DNA from: a virus
Taxonomy: Duplodnaviria; Caudoviricetes
Direction: 5' to 3' (one strand)
DNA length: 30,283 nucleotides
IMG/VR virus record: IMGVR_UViG_3300046832_000395
Location: 1 to 30,283 of that record
Below the pieces are notes generated by a model. That model saw only the letters and a program-made list of their open reading frames with translations. It made no database searches and was not told the DNA's origin. The translations under genes were made by a program, and so were the position numbers. Below, piece by piece: positions 27,011 through 30,283 of the stretch. Within the stretch, counting starts at the first letter, position 1. Each line of letters begins with the position of its first letter.

Positions 27011-27301
27011 ATGCCAAGCATTTTAGTACAAATAGACACTGAGGTTGACGTTGAAGTAGAAGTCAACGAATTTTTAGACGATTGTAACACTTCAGAAATT
27101 GATGAAGTCGTAGATTGGTTAAAAGAGAACGGACACATAAAAGATACACACATAAATAGACAAGTATGTGCTACTGAATTAGAATTTATAGAAGCATTTG
27201 AATTAGAATTTATAGAAGCATTAGATAAGTTATATACAAAATGGAATGCTCTATCTAAAGAAGAAGAGTCATTTATAGTAAACTTAGCCAAAAGGTTTTA
27301 A
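27011..27301 (+). CDS. Acidic hypothetical protein with internal 8-aa duplication
   Basis: AATAAAAGTT leader; ELEFIEAF-ELEFIEAL. Confidence 0.8.
   Translation: MPSILVQIDTEVDVEVEVNEFLDDCNTSEIDEVVDWLKENGHIKDTHINRQVCATELEFIEAFELEFIEALDKLYTKWNALSKEEESFIVNLAKRF
27175..27222 (+). repeat. Exact 24-bp tandem duplication
   Basis: TGAATTAGAATTTATAGAAGCATT twice (27175-27198, 27199-27222). Confidence 0.95.
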
Positions 27302-27304
27302 TTT

Positions 27305-27469
27305 ATGGCAGCTGTAATAGACATAGTAGATCAAATAGAAAATATGTTTTCTAAAGAACCAGATAAAAGAAAGAAGACAGAGCACAAAGAGTGGAAGGAT
27401 GCCATAAACAAATTAATACAAGATTGTAATAGATTGAGTAAATTCAAAATGTATTTCATCATCAAATAA
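27305..27469 (+). CDS. 54-aa hypothetical protein
   Basis: MAAVIDIVDQIENMFSKEPDKRKK...; not in ORF track. Confidence 0.7.
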   Translation: MAAVIDIVDQIENMFSKEPDKRKKTEHKEWKDAINKLIQDCNRLSKFKMYFIIK

Positions 27470-27481
27470 AACATGGACAAC

Positions 27482-27637
27482 ATGAAGTGTTTAAAAAACA
27501 AAAAGACGGGTAACATTATTAGAGTATCCGATGTACAAGCTTATCAAATGGCAGGAAGTCAGTGGTCTTACGCTCCTAAATCTGAGTGGAAGAATCAGAC
27601 TAACCCTAAAAAAGTAGAAGATGAAAAGAAAGATTAA
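27482..27637 (+). CDS. 51-aa hypothetical protein
   Basis: MKCLKNKKTGNIIRVSDVQAYQMAGSQWSYAPKSEWK...; alternative start 27473; not in ORF track. Confidence 0.7.
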   Translation: MKCLKNKKTGNIIRVSDVQAYQMAGSQWSYAPKSEWKNQTNPKKVEDEKKD

Positions 27638-27971
27638 AGCAATTTGGCATGAAATCATCGAGAGATGGTTCTTGTTCACGTTCTTTGCAGAAAGAATGGA
27701 AAGAGAGAGACTACAAATAATAGCGGAACTGATTAAAAAGAAGGATACCTTGTGGAAGAATATTCCTCCAGGAAATCCAAGAACTATCAAAGAAATTCTT
27801 GCATATAAAGAACCCAAAAAGAAGAGTATAGACGAATTGGTAAAAGAATACGAAAAACAAAGTCCTATAATTTACGATGCATTGTACTCAGCATTAAAAA
27901 ACATTCAACAAAAAGAAAATGGCAACAGCAAAAAAGAGGAAGACACCGCAATCGAAAAAGAGGTTAAGTAA
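27621..27971 (+). CDS. Hypothetical protein
   Basis: ORF in tight array. Confidence 0.65.
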   Translation: MKRKIKAIWHEIIERWFLFTFFAERMERERLQIIAELIKKKDTLWKNIPPGNPRTIKEILAYKEPKKKSIDELVKEYEKQSPIIYDALYSALKNIQQKENGNSKKEEDTAIEKEVK

Positions 27972-28140
27972 ATTAGAGGTTATTAAACCCATACCAGAAC
28001 CTAGATGGAGACCCATAGATTTCCAAAAGGTAAAAACAATAAACGATGTAAAGACTATATTAGAACACATGTCGTTGGGTTGTTGGGATAATGCACCAGC
28101 TTACGAGTTATTGGCGAAATACCTTAAAGACGATGAATAA
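27919..28140 (+). CDS. Hypothetical protein with basic N-terminus
   Basis: ORF in tight array, 53-nt overlap with upstream ORF. Confidence 0.65.
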   Translation: MATAKKRKTPQSKKRLSKLEVIKPIPEPRWRPIDFQKVKTINDVKTILEHMSLGCWDNAPAYELLAKYLKDDE

Positions 28141-28351
28141 AGAAGAAGCTGAGTTTATAAACAAACTATGCGAGAGTAGTTCTATAACGTGGATAAAATT
28201 ACACGTAGAATATCAGAAGAAATTTGTAGATCCTTCCATGTGGTATCAATCTCCTTCAGGCTACCAAAAAGATATGCCATTACCACACGGAAACCAAGTA
28301 GAAGGTAGTGAATTATGTAAAGAGGCGCAAAAGATAATAAACAAAATATAG
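28133..28351 (+). CDS. Hypothetical protein
   Basis: Probable start ATG 28133 (MNKEEAEF). Confidence 0.65.
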   Translation: MNKEEAEFINKLCESSSITWIKLHVEYQKKFVDPSMWYQSPSGYQKDMPLPHGNQVEGSELCKEAQKIINKI

Positions 28352-28356
28352 AAGTT

Positions 28357-28473
28357 ATGATGTATATTGCAATAGGATTGATTGGTACAGGACTTTGGAT
28401 TGCCTACGAGATTTATACGGCTCCTTGGTACGATGAAGACACCAACACATTCTACAAAAAAAGAAAAAAATAA
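28357..28473 (+). CDS. 38-aa single-TM microprotein
   Basis: MMYIAIGLIGTGLWIAYEIYTAPWYDEDTNTFYKKRKK; AAGTT leader; not in ORF track. Confidence 0.7.
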   Translation: MMYIAIGLIGTGLWIAYEIYTAPWYDEDTNTFYKKRKK

Positions 28474-28478
28474 AAGCT

Positions 28479-29384
28479 ATGAATTTAGGCTACGCGTGCA
28501 TTAATATGACTATGCAGAAACAGGTTAGCACGAATAGAACAATGATGAAACGTACATTCGAAGCCAAAGGAATGGACTACGTTTCAGATTTGGCGCTCCT
28601 AAATTCTAGAGATATCATTAAGATACTTGAATGGAACAGACAGCATGGAATAAAGCTATTTAGATTATCTTCTAGCATAATTCCATGGGGAAACAACATA
28701 GACATAACCGAACTAAAGGACTACAAAGAGATCAAGTCTGAATTAAAAAAGGCTGGAGACTTTGCTAAATTTTGGGATATGAGAATCACTTGTCATCCCG
28801 GTCCATTCGTAGTGCTTACTTCACCAAAGGACAATGTGGTTGACAATGCCATATCGGATTTAGAAATGCACGGCAAACTATTCGATATGATGGGGCTTTC
28901 TAAAACTCCATACAACAAGATCAATATACACTGTAACGGTGTGTACGGAGACAAGACAACCGCTATGGATAGATTCTGCGAAAACTTTAACAGACTATCC
29001 GATTCTGTACGTAGTAGATTAACAGTAGAGAACGACGACAAAGCGTCTATGTATTCAGTTAAAGATCTAATGTACATACATAACAAAATAGGAATTCCGA
29101 TTGTATTCGACTACCACCACCACCAATTTTGTACTGGAGATATGACTGAACAAGAAGCCTTACAGTTGGCATCAACAACTTGGCCAAAAGACATAAAACC
29201 AATTGTGCACTACTCAGAATCAAAAGCATTACATGAAAACAATACTAAAGAAAAACCGCAAGCTCACTCGCTGTATATTAATGCCATCCCCAATACGTAC
29301 GAGTTGGATGTGGACATTATGGTTGAAGCAAAAGCAAAAGAGCTAGCAATACTACCTTTTTTAAAATATGATCCAATCGTATAA
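28479..29384 (+). CDS. uvsE: UV DNA damage endonuclease (UVDE)
   Basis: LGYACIN, FRLSS, HPGPF, INIH, LTVENDD, VFDYHHH, HYSES, QAHS, DIMVEAKAKELA. Confidence 0.95.
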   Translation: MNLGYACINMTMQKQVSTNRTMMKRTFEAKGMDYVSDLALLNSRDIIKILEWNRQHGIKLFRLSSSIIPWGNNIDITELKDYKEIKSELKKAGDFAKFWDMRITCHPGPFVVLTSPKDNVVDNAISDLEMHGKLFDMMGLSKTPYNKINIHCNGVYGDKTTAMDRFCENFNRLSDSVRSRLTVENDDKASMYSVKDLMYIHNKIGIPIVFDYHHHQFCTGDMTEQEALQLASTTWPKDIKPIVHYSESKALHENNTKEKPQAHSLYINAIPNTYELDVDIMVEAKAKELAILPFLKYDPIV

Positions 29385-29391
29385 TCTTGGC

Positions 29392-29399
29392 ATATTTAT
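29392..29399 (+). promoter_or_regulatory. Putative late promoter box ATATTTAT
   Basis: In 20-nt gap before the fibre-like gene; recurrent motif. Confidence 0.55.
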
Positions 29400-29404
29400 C
29401 TTAG

Positions 29405-30283
29405 ATGGCAGACAAAAGCATAAACATTACTAGACAACAACAGCAGAAATTTAGGAATGCAGTTGCAGATTATCATTGGAAAAGCGGTAATAACGTACAA
29501 TTCATAGAGATTGGCGTCAATATTGAATTAGTGCCATCTAGTTCTCCTACGCCTTCGGTGACGCCATCGTTTACTATGACTCCAACGGTCACTCAAACGC
29601 CTTCTACTACAATTAGCATAACACCTACTCGTACTCCTAGTAATACCATTACTCCTACGGTTACCATGACTCCAACGTCTACAGCTACACCAAGTAATAC
29701 TATAACTCCTTCTAATACCGCTACACCAAGTCTAACTCAAACGCCTAGTAACACACCAAGTATTACAGCAACTCCTAGCATTACGAGTACTCCTTCTAAT
29801 ACAGCGAGTCCTAGTTATACGCCTAGTCAAACGCAAACACCATCTAATACAGTAACGCCTAGTTATACACCTAGCAATACTACAACTCCAACTGTTACTC
29901 AAACTCCTAGTAATAGTATGACTCCAAGTGTTACACCCACTGCAACACCATCTCCAACTCCTAGCATAACTCCTTCTTCTAGTGGATCTGGTGGAATTGT
30001 AACTTCAGGACTGGTATTCAACCTAGCATCAGCATCAACTTCAGGAACAACATGGACTGATGCAACTGGTAATGGATACAACGCAACGTTGAATGGAGCT
30101 TCTTCTTATACATCTTCATTCTCAGGCGGTATACAATTAGCAAACGCCAATAATTACTCAGAAGAAACTGGATATATTAGTGTGCCTTATAATATTACTA
30201 GTAGTGCAGTAACAGTAGAAATGGTTGCTTCGTTCAATCCTACTGATTATTGGGGAGCAATATGGGGTAATGAAGTTTACGAC
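29405..30283 (+). CDS. Putative virion surface/fibre protein with mucin-like P/T/S stalk and LamG/ConA-like domain (partial, runs off window)
   Basis: Open from ATG 29405 (MADKSINITRQQQQKF) to the window end; TPS-rich tract, then GIVTSGLVFNL..SGTTWTDATGNGYNATL typical of phage LamG-like domains; not in ORF track. Confidence 0.85.
   Translation, partial: MADKSINITRQQQQKFRNAVADYHWKSGNNVQFIEIGVNIELVPSSSPTPSVTPSFTMTPTVTQTPSTTISITPTRTPSNTITPTVTMTPTSTATPSNTITPSNTATPSLTQTPSNTPSITATPSITSTPSNTASPSYTPSQTQTPSNTVTPSYTPSNTTTPTVTQTPSNSMTPSVTPTATPSPTPSITPSSSGSGGIVTSGLVFNLASASTSGTTWTDATGNGYNATLNGASSYTSSFSGGIQLANANNYSEETGYISVPYNITSSAVTVEMVASFNPTDYWGAIWGNEVYD
29534..29983 (+). repeat. Low-complexity coding repeat (TPSxTx / TPSN units)
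   Basis: About 150 codons dominated by Thr/Pro/Ser, 4-6-aa periodicity, synonymously diverged. Confidence 0.9.

Noticed and set aside
2583-28133. Longer ORF-track starts at 2583, 5493, 9339, 13221, 14531, 16136, 16332 and 28091
   Set aside because: They create long overlaps or run into promoter sequence; downstream ATGs fit coupling and leader motifs better
3485-30081. All minus-strand ORFs in the track (e.g. 3485-3730, 21234-21680, 24490-24858, 29899-30081)
   Set aside because: Each lies antisense to a better-supported + strand gene and has no recognisable motif; treated as shadow ORFs
1-30283. Stop-codon reassignment
   Set aside because: Conserved enzymes are full-length under code 11, and TAA, TGA and TAG all end genes at tight junctions

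Overview
AT-rich, gene-dense window with essentially all genes on the + strand. It looks like part of a large lytic dsDNA phage, probably with a Bacteroidota host (inferred from SD-less A-rich leaders and TAnnTTTA promoter boxes). 1-12.5 kb is a tightly coupled glycan-biosynthesis operon: Gmd, Fcl, an RfbH/E1-type 3-dehydratase, two SDR epimerases/reductases, two GT11-like, GT17-like, several GT2, DUF3431, DUF5672 and a methyltransferase. 12.5-14.3 kb holds hypotheticals ending in a degenerate HNH protein. Two homologous non-coding modules (14.34-14.56 kb and 22.67-22.86 kb) carry 25-bp IHF-like palindromic boxes at an identical distance from a promoter-like box, and each heads a cassette of small genes. 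These cassettes include an RNA-repair set (phosphoesterase, kinase, Rnl1-like ligase), three HExxH proteins, a TraR/DksA-like Zn finger, an SMR/DMT-like protein, a second phosphoesterase and UvsE. A separate ATATTTAT motif precedes four late-looking genes, the last being an unannotated protein with a ~150-aa mucin-like Pro/Thr/Ser tract and the start of a LamG-like domain. The leading hypothesis is a phage-encoded virion glycosylation system. All family calls come from motifs read by eye, with no database search.
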